Of a stretch of 64,000 bases of DNA, positions 1 through 7,978 are shown piece after piece. This DNA is from a virus. Numbering within the stretch: position 1 is the stretch's first letter; the number at the start of each line of letters is the position of its first letter. The notes beneath the pieces were generated by a model. That model had not been told where the DNA came from and did not search any database. It saw nothing but the letters and a program-made list of their open reading frames with translations. Made by a program: the position numbers and the translations under genes. The DNA is taken from positions 83,637-147,636 of the IMG/VR virus record IMGVR_UViG_3300024264_000006. One strand, written 5' to 3'.

Positions 1-66
1 GAACACCGTAGTCTGAACTCCATTAGCAGTCAACCATGAACCAGCGTCTATTGTTATATCAGCCAT
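1..66 (-). CDS. Hypothetical protein, N-terminal part (runs off window)
   Basis: ATG at 66 overlaps the stop of the upstream ORF; reads MADITIDAGSWLTANGVQTTVF, open to the window edge. Confidence 0.55.
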   Translation of the reverse strand, partial: MADITIDAGSWLTANGVQTTVF

Positions 67-694
67 TTCTTAAATTCTCCATTCTTGCCTTGGAGGCTTT
101 CCACTGTTCAAACCCCATAGGTTTACGAGCTTCTCCGAAAGCGAGTTTACGTTGTTTGAATTCCGCCTTCAACACCTTCTTACAATCGGAACCTAAAAAT
201 GTACCAACCATTTGAAGTAGAGTTTTACGGAACGACCTTCCGTGGTGCATATACCCAAGACAATGAGTTAACTCATGAATCAAAGTGTATGCATCAAATC
301 CACAGTAACTATCTAGGGTGACGGTATATCCGTTAGTGTGACCAGCAGTACCACGTCCGGATGAACGTGCCTTTTGAATCACCTTCGGAGTCGAAGCAAA
401 GATGCGAGTCACATCCCCGTCGATAGATTGAGACCAGAGTTTCTGCCAAGTCTTAGACTTGTAAATCTTCTTGGCGAACTTCTCCGCCTCTTTGATATCC
501 TTGAATTGAGGAATCGGTTTGAAGGCAGTACCCGACTGCCTTTGCATGGCCCATTCCGCTTCGTAACACTTTGAACGTTCAGAGTCCTTAGTCCCGAAAG
601 AACCTTTGTTCTGAGAAACCTTCTGTTTCTTCAGGTAAGCTTTGTAACCGGACACAAACTCATCATTGAACTTTTCGACTTGAGCACTAGGCAT
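59..694 (-). CDS. Putative zinc metallopeptidase/hydrolase (HExxH)
   Basis: TLIHELTHCLG followed by HHGRSF, the HExxH...HG.xF pattern of minimal zincin/SprT-like proteins. Confidence 0.65.
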   Translation of the reverse strand: MPSAQVEKFNDEFVSGYKAYLKKQKVSQNKGSFGTKDSERSKCYEAEWAMQRQSGTAFKPIPQFKDIKEAEKFAKKIYKSKTWQKLWSQSIDGDVTRIFASTPKVIQKARSSGRGTAGHTNGYTVTLDSYCGFDAYTLIHELTHCLGYMHHGRSFRKTLLQMVGTFLGSDCKKVLKAEFKQRKLAFGEARKPMGFEQWKASKARMENLRNG

Positions 695-935
695 TCTTCA
701 GAATCTCCTCAATGTATTCGTATCTGACCCTCTCTCTATCGATAGAGTCTCCACCACCCCAAGTGTAGTTGTTGACTTCGACCTTCTTGAGGTATTCAAA
801 GATTGCCTTCTCGACAATGGCGACAGTCAAACCTTCGGTAGGATAGATGCCGTCATAGGCGTAGAAAGACAAAATATAATTCCTAAACTCGACAAATGTA
901 GGATTGTTTCTCAATGCGATGCAATTAGTAATCAT
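687..935 (-). CDS. Hypothetical early protein (82 aa)
   Basis: ORF track 687..971; start reassigned to ATG 935, preceded by GGAG. Confidence 0.7.
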   Translation of the reverse strand: MITNCIALRNNPTFVEFRNYILSFYAYDGIYPTEGLTVAIVEKAIFEYLKKVEVNNYTWGGGDSIDRERVRYEYIEEILKNA

Positions 936-943
936 AACCACTC

Positions 944-1243
944 CTATCTCAAGTACAGTGGGCCAGTCCACTCAACAACATAATCTTCGAACAAGTTCCC
1001 TCTAGGGGCGTTAAGAGCGGGAGCATTCCAGCTTGCAGCCTTAAGAATGTCACCTTTCTTGAACTTAGGATTCGCAAGGTTGATAAAACCCCATGCGCTA
1101 CCACCACTCAAGATTTTGATGTACTTCTTACCGATCTTGTAGTCAAGACCTTCAGCGTACCTTTCTTCCATTTCGGGTCTAAACCCCATTCTTTTGTAAT
1201 CGGCGATGCACGCTTCAAACAACTTTTTGATTTCGTTTTCCAT
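944..1243 (-). CDS. Hypothetical early protein
   Basis: GAGG SD, directly downstream of a sigma70 promoter. Confidence 0.8.
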   Translation of the reverse strand: MENEIKKLFEACIADYKRMGFRPEMEERYAEGLDYKIGKKYIKILSGGSAWGFINLANPKFKKGDILKAASWNAPALNAPRGNLFEDYVVEWTGPLYLR

Positions 1244-1273
1244 AATTTACCTCTCTCATCAATTTACTGTACC

Positions 1274-1302
1274 AGTATAACCTATTCTTGTTATAATGGC
1301 AA
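1274..1302 (-). promoter_or_regulatory. Early sigma70 promoter TTGCCA-N17-TATACT with A/T-rich UP region
   Basis: Read directly from the sequence; near-copy at 30235-30263. Confidence 0.8.
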
Positions 1303-1320
1303 GCGTTTTTTCAAACTTTT

Positions 1321-1497
1321 TTAACAAAAACAATACTGAGGAACCTTAAATTCTTCCTCAAACATACCAATTTCATCGAAACCGTACAGGACATAACCGT
1401 CCATAGGGTCACCACCTTTCTCGTAAACCACTAAGTCCGCACCAGCTCGGGGACGTTCAGGGATCACACCATTTATGTCAAAGTCAACGTGTTTCAT
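1321..1497 (-). CDS. Small hypothetical protein, 58 aa (not in ORF track)
   Basis: MKHVDFDINGVIPERPRAGADLVVYEKGGDPMDGYVLYGFDEIGMFEEEFKVPQYCFC; AAGGA SD; own promoter. Confidence 0.75.
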   Translation of the reverse strand: MKHVDFDINGVIPERPRAGADLVVYEKGGDPMDGYVLYGFDEIGMFEEEFKVPQYCFC

Positions 1498-1528
1498 ATC
1501 AATTCCTTTCTCTCATTTCTCAGACTAT

Positions 1529-1556
1529 ATTATAACACAGCCACAGCCCGTTACAA
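1529..1556 (-). promoter_or_regulatory. Early sigma70 promoter TTGTAA-N16-TATAAT (TG-extended)
   Basis: Upstream 55 bp resembles 30261-30317. Confidence 0.7.
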
Positions 1557-1622
1557 GCGGTTTTTGAAAAAAAGATGAGTTTTTTTAGAATATTTTGTTA
1601 TAAGGATATAACTGGAACGTCT

Positions 1623-1645
1623 AAACTTCGCCCCGTGAGGCGAAG
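1623..1645 (-). terminator. Probable intrinsic terminator after the DUF932 gene
   Basis: Stem CTTCGCC/GGCGAAG followed by a short TTT on the minus strand. Confidence 0.55.
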
Positions 1646-1661
1646 CAAGACTGTTTGTTCC

Positions 1662-2618
1662 TTACGCTGCAGTCGCAAATTCTACTGCCTTGTTGACAGC
1701 TTTTTCTTTACGAGTTTGGTTAGAACCGAACCAAGCAGAAGCTAAACGGGTATCCGCAGAACGTCCCATCTTGTGATCGGTCAAGTAGGTAACACTGTTA
1801 AGTGCTTGCCACCATGTACCTTCACCGAACTGAGCGCCGGGTTGTGTCTCAAGGAATGAGTACGCAGCCTGACCGTTAGTGGTGAGGTCTTTGAAGTCCT
1901 GAACGGTTACTTCTTTTTTACCTTGGTAGGTACGTGGGAAGACTTCGTTGTAGTAGTTGATCAAAGATTCAACGGTGAACTTCTTAGTTGAGAGGAATTC
2001 AGCCATCTCTTTGTACTTCGCAAACTTCTCGTGTGCGATGCCAAGGGCTTCTTTTACCTTCTCAGGGTTGAACTCTGAACGGTGGTTCAACTTGCAAGAG
2101 TTTGCAACTTGTTGTCCCAACGATAGTGTCAGAGTATTGTTACACACAACACGAATCGGAGTGAATCGAACATCGATTGACTTACCATACATGTGTGGGT
2201 TTGAGAACAACAAGTATGAATCAACTTGGTCACCACCAAGGATGTCAAAAGACTCCTTGATCTTCGCAAGTGCCCAGACCATCTGTCCACCTTTTAAAGA
2301 ACCAGCGGTGTGCATTTCCATGTCACCAGCAGCGCAATACTCTGAGAAGAACTCAAACGCATCTGCGTTCTGAACAGGGTTCCAGTTTGCACCAACTTGA
2401 GTCAGAACCTTGTTATCCGAGGATCGGACAAGGGCTTCTACACCTGTTGGAATTTCTTGATCACCTACTCGTGCGTAGGTAGGGATTTTCTCGACAGACC
2501 AGTCGAGTCCCGCTTTCTCCATCATTTGTTGTGGATGCAGATCATTTGAGACAGCAACACCCAGACCATGCCAAGGGACAGCTCCGGCGTATGCCATTGT
2601 TTCTACTTCATGACTCAT
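1662..2618 (-). CDS. DUF932 family phage/plasmid protein
   Basis: N-terminal MAYAGAVPWHGLG, TAGSLKGG, FTPIRVVCNNT and GTWWQALNSVT motifs. Confidence 0.85.
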   Translation of the reverse strand: MSHEVETMAYAGAVPWHGLGVAVSNDLHPQQMMEKAGLDWSVEKIPTYARVGDQEIPTGVEALVRSSDNKVLTQVGANWNPVQNADAFEFFSEYCAAGDMEMHTAGSLKGGQMVWALAKIKESFDILGGDQVDSYLLFSNPHMYGKSIDVRFTPIRVVCNNTLTLSLGQQVANSCKLNHRSEFNPEKVKEALGIAHEKFAKYKEMAEFLSTKKFTVESLINYYNEVFPRTYQGKKEVTVQDFKDLTTNGQAAYSFLETQPGAQFGEGTWWQALNSVTYLTDHKMGRSADTRLASAWFGSNQTRKEKAVNKAVEFATAA

Positions 2619-2675
2619 AATATATTTCTCCGTAAGTTAAGGCGTTTGGGGAACCTCTCCCCAGACAACATACGT

Positions 2676-2705
2676 ATTATCTCATAATAAGAACAAGTTT
2701 GTCAA
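2676..2705 (-). promoter_or_regulatory. Early sigma70 promoter TTGACA-N18-GATAAT
   Basis: Same AAAACGCTTG context as the other early promoters; leader hairpin TGGGGA/TCCCCA at about 2647-2663. Confidence 0.65.
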
Positions 2706-2723
2706 GCGTTTTCTTCAATTAAT

Positions 2724-2942
2724 TTAAAGTTTTTTTCTACGGACTAGTTCTTTCTTGATCTTTTGTCGTAGTTTAGGGGTGGTACTGGACTTATCCATGG
2801 CTTCAACCAACTCCGGAGTAGGAGTAGATTTCATGTACTTGTGCACTATAGAGACCTTTCCGGTCTCCCTATTGCGTATTACATGTGATTGTCCGAATTT
2901 TACTGGCATCTTATTATACGAATTTTGCGAGGGTTTCAACAA
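2724..2942 (-). CDS. Small basic hypothetical protein
   Basis: ORF; true start probably MPVKF near 2909. Confidence 0.65.
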   Translation of the reverse strand: MLKPSQNSYNKMPVKFGQSHVIRNRETGKVSIVHKYMKSTPTPELVEAMDKSSTTPKLRQKIKKELVRRKKL

Positions 2943-3171
2943 CCTTTACTAGTTTTTGTTTCATCTGAGTAATCTCTGCTTCTTCCCAGATCAGTTCTGT
3001 GGTGCGAATATCACCAAGTAGTTCGATGTATTCTTCTTCTGTCAGTTCACCTTCACGTCTAGCATGGACTATATCGATGATGACCTCTCCCAGTCTACTG
3101 GCTTCCCAGTCTTCATCTTCGTTATCGATAATCTGTTGAAGAATCCTTTCTTCTTCTGTATATCTAGTCAT
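2914..3171 (-). CDS. Small acidic hypothetical protein
   Basis: Translationally coupled to the upstream lipoprotein gene. Confidence 0.7.
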   Translation of the reverse strand: MTRYTEEERILQQIIDNEDEDWEASRLGEVIIDIVHARREGELTEEEYIELLGDIRTTELIWEEAEITQMKQKLVKVVETLAKFV

Positions 3172-3569
3172 TAGTCATATCTCCCCATAACCGTTAACGC
3201 AATTGCTTCTGATTGTTGCAACAATACACCTTGTTTTAAGGCACAGTATCTTTGCGATACAGTTTCCTTTTCATACATGGGGTCTAGGGTTAAAGACATC
3301 TTATCCAATAGGTATTCAATGTCACTAGTACCCTTAGTTTCCACATAAGTACTTAACCAACCATGCTTCTTATAGATGTCATCTATCATGTGTGTGATTA
3401 ACACCGGATCAAGTTCACAATCTAACCAGATGATTGCCCATCTTAAATCGGTTACACCAGCTGCCTCATTGTCATCCCATTTGGATGGCAACAAACTACA
3501 ACCAGTAATCATTATTCCCAACAGGGAAGCTGTAATTATACTATAAAATTTTCTCACTGTCAACCTCAA
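3171..3569 (-). CDS. Putative lipoprotein
   Basis: Basic N-terminus, hydrophobic stretch, lipobox ITG-C; two further Cys. Confidence 0.7.
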   Translation of the reverse strand: MRLTVRKFYSIITASLLGIMITGCSLLPSKWDDNEAAGVTDLRWAIIWLDCELDPVLITHMIDDIYKKHGWLSTYVETKGTSDIEYLLDKMSLTLDPMYEKETVSQRYCALKQGVLLQQSEAIALTVMGRYD

Positions 3570-4045
3570 TCTGATAATGGATTATCTAAAGCTTTCTGCA
3601 ATTTCTCGTCTAGTTTTTCTTCTAGTTCTTCTATCTCTTTTCGCAGTTTAGCATATGCTTGATCATAATCATCGGATAACTTATCTCGACGATTCTCAAA
3701 TCTTTCTTCTGCATTATCTATACTATTCCTAACGTCCACTTCTACGGCCCGTATTTTATCGTCTATACGATCCACGTTCTTTTCAAGAGAAAGTAAATCA
3801 TCACGAAGACCCGACTTGATATCACGAGTATAGTCAATAGCTTCATCTAGTTTAGTTTCGATAATTGCATTACGGGACTCAATCTGATCCACATCAATGT
3901 TTTGAACAACCTCTCTCATGTCCATGTAGTCCTTATAGAACTCAAAACCAGCCCAAGATGCTCCGCCCAATGTAGACAGTGCGGTAAGTAAGATTGCCAT
4001 CTTACCCCCAGTAAATTTCATTCCCGCAAATTCTACCTCTGCCAT
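3566..4045 (-). CDS. Membrane-anchored coiled-coil protein
   Basis: One N-terminal TM segment followed by a long heptad-like helical region ending ALDNPLSD. Confidence 0.75.
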   Translation of the reverse strand: MAEVEFAGMKFTGGKMAILLTALSTLGGASWAGFEFYKDYMDMREVVQNIDVDQIESRNAIIETKLDEAIDYTRDIKSGLRDDLLSLEKNVDRIDDKIRAVEVDVRNSIDNAEERFENRRDKLSDDYDQAYAKLRKEIEELEEKLDEKLQKALDNPLSD

Positions 4046-4047
4046 TC

Positions 4048-4503
4048 TTACTCCTCAAATTTTAGTTTACGTAGGTTGACGATCTCTTGTTGCAACCTCA
4101 TAACTTCTAATCTTTTTTTCTCTAATTCTAATTTGTATAGTGCGTTGCAGTTTAACCTTTCTTTAGGTGCACCGATTGGCACTGTGATCCTTGCGTATAC
4201 ACCAACGTTACGCATAAAGTCATCATTGTAAGGTAATAGTACTCTATTTGGATCGACAAAACTGCCGTTCCCCGTCCTGTATTGATCCCACGGATCGTTT
4301 TGATCCATGATACCGACAACACCAAACTCTAAGTTCGTGGATGAACCGATAGCTGCTGAACACTCAACGTCACCCGCTCTCACTCTATCAGACTGAAAAC
4401 TCTGTGGCGACTGTGGTATTGCCAAGTTCAAAGAACCAGACTGTGCGTTCACCGAGCTCGACCAGAAACTTATTACCAAAACAAATAATAATATTAATCT
4501 CAT
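4048..4503 (-). CDS. Exported protein with amphipathic beta-strands and a C-terminal coiled coil
   Basis: Signal peptide (VNA|Q); strands NLEFGVVG and VGVYARITVP; Cys pair; start ATG 4503 abuts the upstream stop. Confidence 0.7.
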   Translation of the reverse strand: MRLILLFVLVISFWSSSVNAQSGSLNLAIPQSPQSFQSDRVRAGDVECSAAIGSSTNLEFGVVGIMDQNDPWDQYRTGNGSFVDPNRVLLPYNDDFMRNVGVYARITVPIGAPKERLNCNALYKLELEKKRLEVMRLQQEIVNLRKLKFEE

Positions 4504-4874
4504 TTTATTTTCGAACATATCCTTGAAGCGATTAAGGCCTTTGTGCCAGAATCTTTCACTAATTTAGATTTTGAACAGATATATGTTACTTTTTCACTGT
4601 CCGACTTTCGGACGTAAATGTTAACTGACGCCCTACTCAAATACTTTACTCTTATAATTCTCTGTGCAACCGCAAAGGGGACTGGATTCCAATCACTGTC
4701 CCATACGTTTATCTGGTAGTATTCAACATCTGGTCTACCATTCCACAGTTCCATCTCAGTAACCAAAACCGATTCGACATATGATTGAGTTAGTTCTGGA
4801 TAAGTGGGTGTCCACTCGTGGGCCTTCAGACCCACTGAGCAGAACACCAAACTTAGTATCATAACAAAGCGCAT
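4500..4874 (-). CDS. Exported beta-rich protein, possibly fimbrial-chaperone-like
   Basis: Signal peptide (LKA|H), alternating beta pattern, C-terminal Cys pair; function is inference. Confidence 0.55.
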   Translation of the reverse strand: MRFVMILSLVFCSVGLKAHEWTPTYPELTQSYVESVLVTEMELWNGRPDVEYYQINVWDSDWNPVPFAVAQRIIRVKYLSRASVNIYVRKSDSEKVTYICSKSKLVKDSGTKALIASRICSKIK

Positions 4875-4878
4875 ACTA

Positions 4879-5376
4879 TTATATAGCGATACACTCAGCT
4901 GTTACCACTGAACGATATTGTCCAGCAGGAAAAGCCTTGTCGTAACCATAATTAGCAGTCGATGCGACCTTAAACCATGTGCTTCCAGCAATAGTCAAGT
5001 CGATCTCTGTTATGTTATTGTACTCAATTTTGTTGTTGTCATAAGCAGACATAGCAGCATCAGATACTTCTGATACAGTTACATCACCAACCCAAACCAC
5101 CACATCATTAAGAGTAGGACTCTCTGTGAATTCATTCGGTCTTGAGATGACAGCCTTGTAGTAATCCGCTTGGATTACGTCATACCTAACGACAGGCGGT
5201 ACACCACCGTTCGACAGATTAGTTGTCAACGTATTTGGCGTTGGGTTACCATAGACACCTTGAGTGTCTGTTGTTACTACACACTTAGAATCTACAGAGC
5301 CCATAATTGGGACTTCGGCAGCTACTGCGTTAGACAACGTAAAAATGCCTAGTAAGGCAAATATATTTTTAAACAT
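4879..5376 (-). CDS. Exported fimbrial/pilin-like beta-sandwich protein
   Basis: Signal peptide; N-terminal IMGSVDSKC and C-terminal PAGQYRSVVTAEC resemble chaperone-usher/Csu pilin ends. Confidence 0.55.
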   Translation of the reverse strand: MFKNIFALLGIFTLSNAVAAEVPIMGSVDSKCVVTTDTQGVYGNPTPNTLTTNLSNGGVPPVVRYDVIQADYYKAVISRPNEFTESPTLNDVVVWVGDVTVSEVSDAAMSAYDNNKIEYNNITEIDLTIAGSTWFKVASTANYGYDKAFPAGQYRSVVTAECIAI

Positions 5377-5403
5377 TATAGTGCTCCTATGTAAAATGTT
5401 TTT

Positions 5404-6270
5404 TTATTTTTTATACTGTAAATTTACTAACTCTTTATGTAATAACTGTTGAGCGAGATTTTGTCTCCGTAACAATCGATTGTCTGGAAGACTTGCATCT
5501 TTCAAAACAACAGTTTCTTCATATTTCGAGTCCGGAAGAACTTCAAAGTAACTAACCGGAATATAATTCTGAGCCATCAATGACGTATGTTTACGTAATG
5601 ATTCAGAGGCCAACAACGAGTTGTTAACCGTACCCAAAATCGCCTCCAGTCTCATATCTTCTATCTCTTCTTCCGACATCATTTTTTGACGATCTTTATC
5701 TTCTTCATCCTCATCACGTGGTTCCCAATCCTTTTCTAGTTCTCTCTGAACCCACTGATCGTTAAGTGGATCATAAAACCCTATCTCCGGAATTACCGGA
5801 ACAGGTGGGATATAGTCGGGACAAGATGGGTCTGTAGTAACACCAAAACACGTATCGTAAGAATAATTGTACAATACGGTGGCGCCCTCTACCGAACCTT
5901 TCCCTTCTACTTCAATCGACCCATCTCCCCAAAACTCTAATGGTATTGTATTGACGGGTACGAGTTTATTGATTGAGTTGCCAGGCAACCCACTCCAGTC
6001 ATCTGCGTTCCTAAAGATATAACCACCATTGATGGCATCTTCGTTTTGAACATAAACAACCATATCATCTTCTGCATTCTTTACCGTAGTATAACGGTAT
6101 ACGATTCCATTGACAGTCAATCCCGCATTCTGAGGCAGGATATTAGTCATAACCCAATTGAGGCCAAATGCGGCCGCATTGGGTGAAGTTTCGTTTACTT
6201 GTTCAGAGTAAGAGTAGGACGAGCAAACTAGCAATGCCAGCGCCGCCCAATAGTGTCTTGTTTTGGTCAC
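5404..6270 (-). CDS. Exported protein (beta domain, Cys/Pro linker, acidic helical tail)
   Basis: GTG start with GGAG; signal peptide; overlaps the upstream gene by 68 nt. Confidence 0.7.
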   Translation of the reverse strand: MTKTRHYWAALALLVCSSYSYSEQVNETSPNAAAFGLNWVMTNILPQNAGLTVNGIVYRYTTVKNAEDDMVVYVQNEDAINGGYIFRNADDWSGLPGNSINKLVPVNTIPLEFWGDGSIEVEGKGSVEGATVLYNYSYDTCFGVTTDPSCPDYIPPVPVIPEIGFYDPLNDQWVQRELEKDWEPRDEDEEDKDRQKMMSEEEIEDMRLEAILGTVNNSLLASESLRKHTSLMAQNYIPVSYFEVLPDSKYEETVVLKDASLPDNRLLRRQNLAQQLLHKELVNLQYKK

Positions 6271-6808
6271 TCATCGGCTCCTTTTTCTTATCTTCATCTT
6301 CAACGGGTAAATCATCAGTATTTACTGACCATGCAGCTTTAGCTTCCTCACCTATTAGTCCATCAAACGGACAAGGTGTACCAGCATTCATCATAGCGTC
6401 AAAAACCCGTGGGTCTTGACACATAAGAGATACTGCTGCAACTTTCATACCCATATCGAATAATGTCTTAGAATTTTTTAATCTTTCACAGTTATCGTCT
6501 GTTACTTGTGTGCCTGTTGAGATACCTAGTATCTGAGTTTGGATTGCACCCGCAACACCAAACGTACATAGGTCTGAGTTGGAGGTATTGATCGTAGGAG
6601 AGATCGCTGAGGCCGGAGGCGACTTCAACGTAGTAGTAGTATTACCATTAGTGGTAACGGTAGACTCAGTTATGATAGGTTCGATTGCAGGCGTTACGGG
6701 TTCATCCGTACCCCCGCCACCATCTTGAGCGTTAGCGTCTTCTGCCAGTAATCCGAAAGAGAACACACAAAGTGCAATCAAGGACAATTTTCTTATTGCG
6801 TTATACAT
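6203..6808 (-). CDS. Exported Cys-rich protein with C-terminal hydrophobic anchor
   Basis: Signal peptide; Gly-rich hairpin GVAGAIQTQILGISTG; four Cys in the core; C-terminal LLGGAGIASLLVLLLL. Confidence 0.75.
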   Translation of the reverse strand: MYNAIRKLSLIALCVFSFGLLAEDANAQDGGGGTDEPVTPAIEPIITESTVTTNGNTTTTLKSPPASAISPTINTSNSDLCTFGVAGAIQTQILGISTGTQVTDDNCERLKNSKTLFDMGMKVAAVSLMCQDPRVFDAMMNAGTPCPFDGLIGEEAKAAWSVNTDDLPVEDEDKKKEPMSDQNKTLLGGAGIASLLVLLLL

Positions 6809-6841
6809 ATTATACCCATTGAAAATAATTCATATCAAGGG

Positions 6842-6849
6842 TATTTATA
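6842..6849 (-). promoter_or_regulatory. T4-type late promoter TATAAATA driving the exported-protein operon
   Basis: Exact gp55 consensus about 33 nt upstream of ATG 6808; TTGACG 18 nt upstream lies within the palindrome GTCAATTAATTGAC (6869-6882). Confidence 0.8.
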
Positions 6850-6890
6850 CTTGAAGTTATCTCAAAGCGTCAATTAATTGACAGCTAAAA

Positions 6891-7184
6891 TCAGATTCTT
6901 TCGGGAACTGAACAGTCCAAATCATCTAGTTCTTTAGTCATACGGTGATACTCTCCACAGACACCTTCGAACTCTTCCCACATTTCTTGGAATCTTAGAT
7001 TAGTCAATTCTTTTGTTCCAAGCAAAAGGTTTCCTATCTTATCCGCATGTTCAGCTGCGATAGGAAGATTATCAAGGTATCGTAAGATGCTATCGATATC
7101 ATCGACTACACTCCAAGTCCTCATAATTTTGTCTTCCAGTGCAATGATATTGCCGGTAATGGGATCAATAAATGGTTTGTTCAT
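6891..7184 (-). CDS. Hypothetical helical protein
   Basis: ORF with AAGGA SD. Confidence 0.7.
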   Translation of the reverse strand: MNKPFIDPITGNIIALEDKIMRTWSVVDDIDSILRYLDNLPIAAEHADKIGNLLLGTKELTNLRFQEMWEEFEGVCGEYHRMTKELDDLDCSVPERI

Positions 7185-7225
7185 GACAATTCCTTAGTTG
7201 GTGATGCGGTAATGTTTTACCGCTT

Positions 7226-7978
7226 TTAGTAGTATTTCTGAAAAAGGTGGTGAAGTAGTTCCGCATAGTATCTGTGCGATTCTGTGCCGGGATGTCCATT
7301 CTCTGCAATGTCTTGAAACTTTTCTCTTGAAAGTGAGTATAGATCATCTCCGACACCCAAACCCAATCTGGAAGATTTCCTTAATCTACTGAACATATTA
7401 GATATCTTGGTAGTGTAATCTTGCCATTCGGGACGATTGGACTTGTATATCATTTTAATATTTTCAAGGTTTCTTTCATGGAAGCCACCCTGAACCAACT
7501 TAATACCTTTAGCGTCACATAGGTCTTGGAGGGCCAACATAAACGCCAATCCGTGAATAACATCGGTCTTGTATGTCTGACATAGATTATACCATTGATG
7601 CATGGCGCCCCATCGTTTAGACGCTAACCAGTGAATCCTATCAGCAGAGAACTGAGTCATACAGTCACTTCTCTGTACCTTCGATTCATATTCGGTATGA
7701 TCAAGTTCGTGTGACCCTTCTGCCAATTCATTTCTTTGCCATGCTGACCAAAGGACAACAACGTGAGTAATATCATCATTAGCAGCAAGAGCCTCAATTG
7801 TGTCACGGAATATCTTCTCGTTTCCGTTACCACAGGCTGCAATGTTCAGAGGTTTAACGCCCAACTTTTTCGCAAGGTGATATGTGAAGGTTAATTTCTG
7901 GTGTGTAGGCGGATCGTTGTAACAGCCGGGAAGTTCATCTCCCCACACAAAACTACATCCACATGTTAATAATTTCAT
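7226..7978 (-). CDS. SGNH/GDSL-like hydrolase or acyltransferase
   Basis: Block I GCSFVWG, G-N-G-N block, C-terminal NGHP. Confidence 0.7.
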   Translation of the reverse strand: MKLLTCGCSFVWGDELPGCYNDPPTHQKLTFTYHLAKKLGVKPLNIAACGNGNEKIFRDTIEALAANDDITHVVVLWSAWQRNELAEGSHELDHTEYESKVQRSDCMTQFSADRIHWLASKRWGAMHQWYNLCQTYKTDVIHGLAFMLALQDLCDAKGIKLVQGGFHERNLENIKMIYKSNRPEWQDYTTKISNMFSRLRKSSRLGLGVGDDLYSLSREKFQDIAENGHPGTESHRYYAELLHHLFQKYY

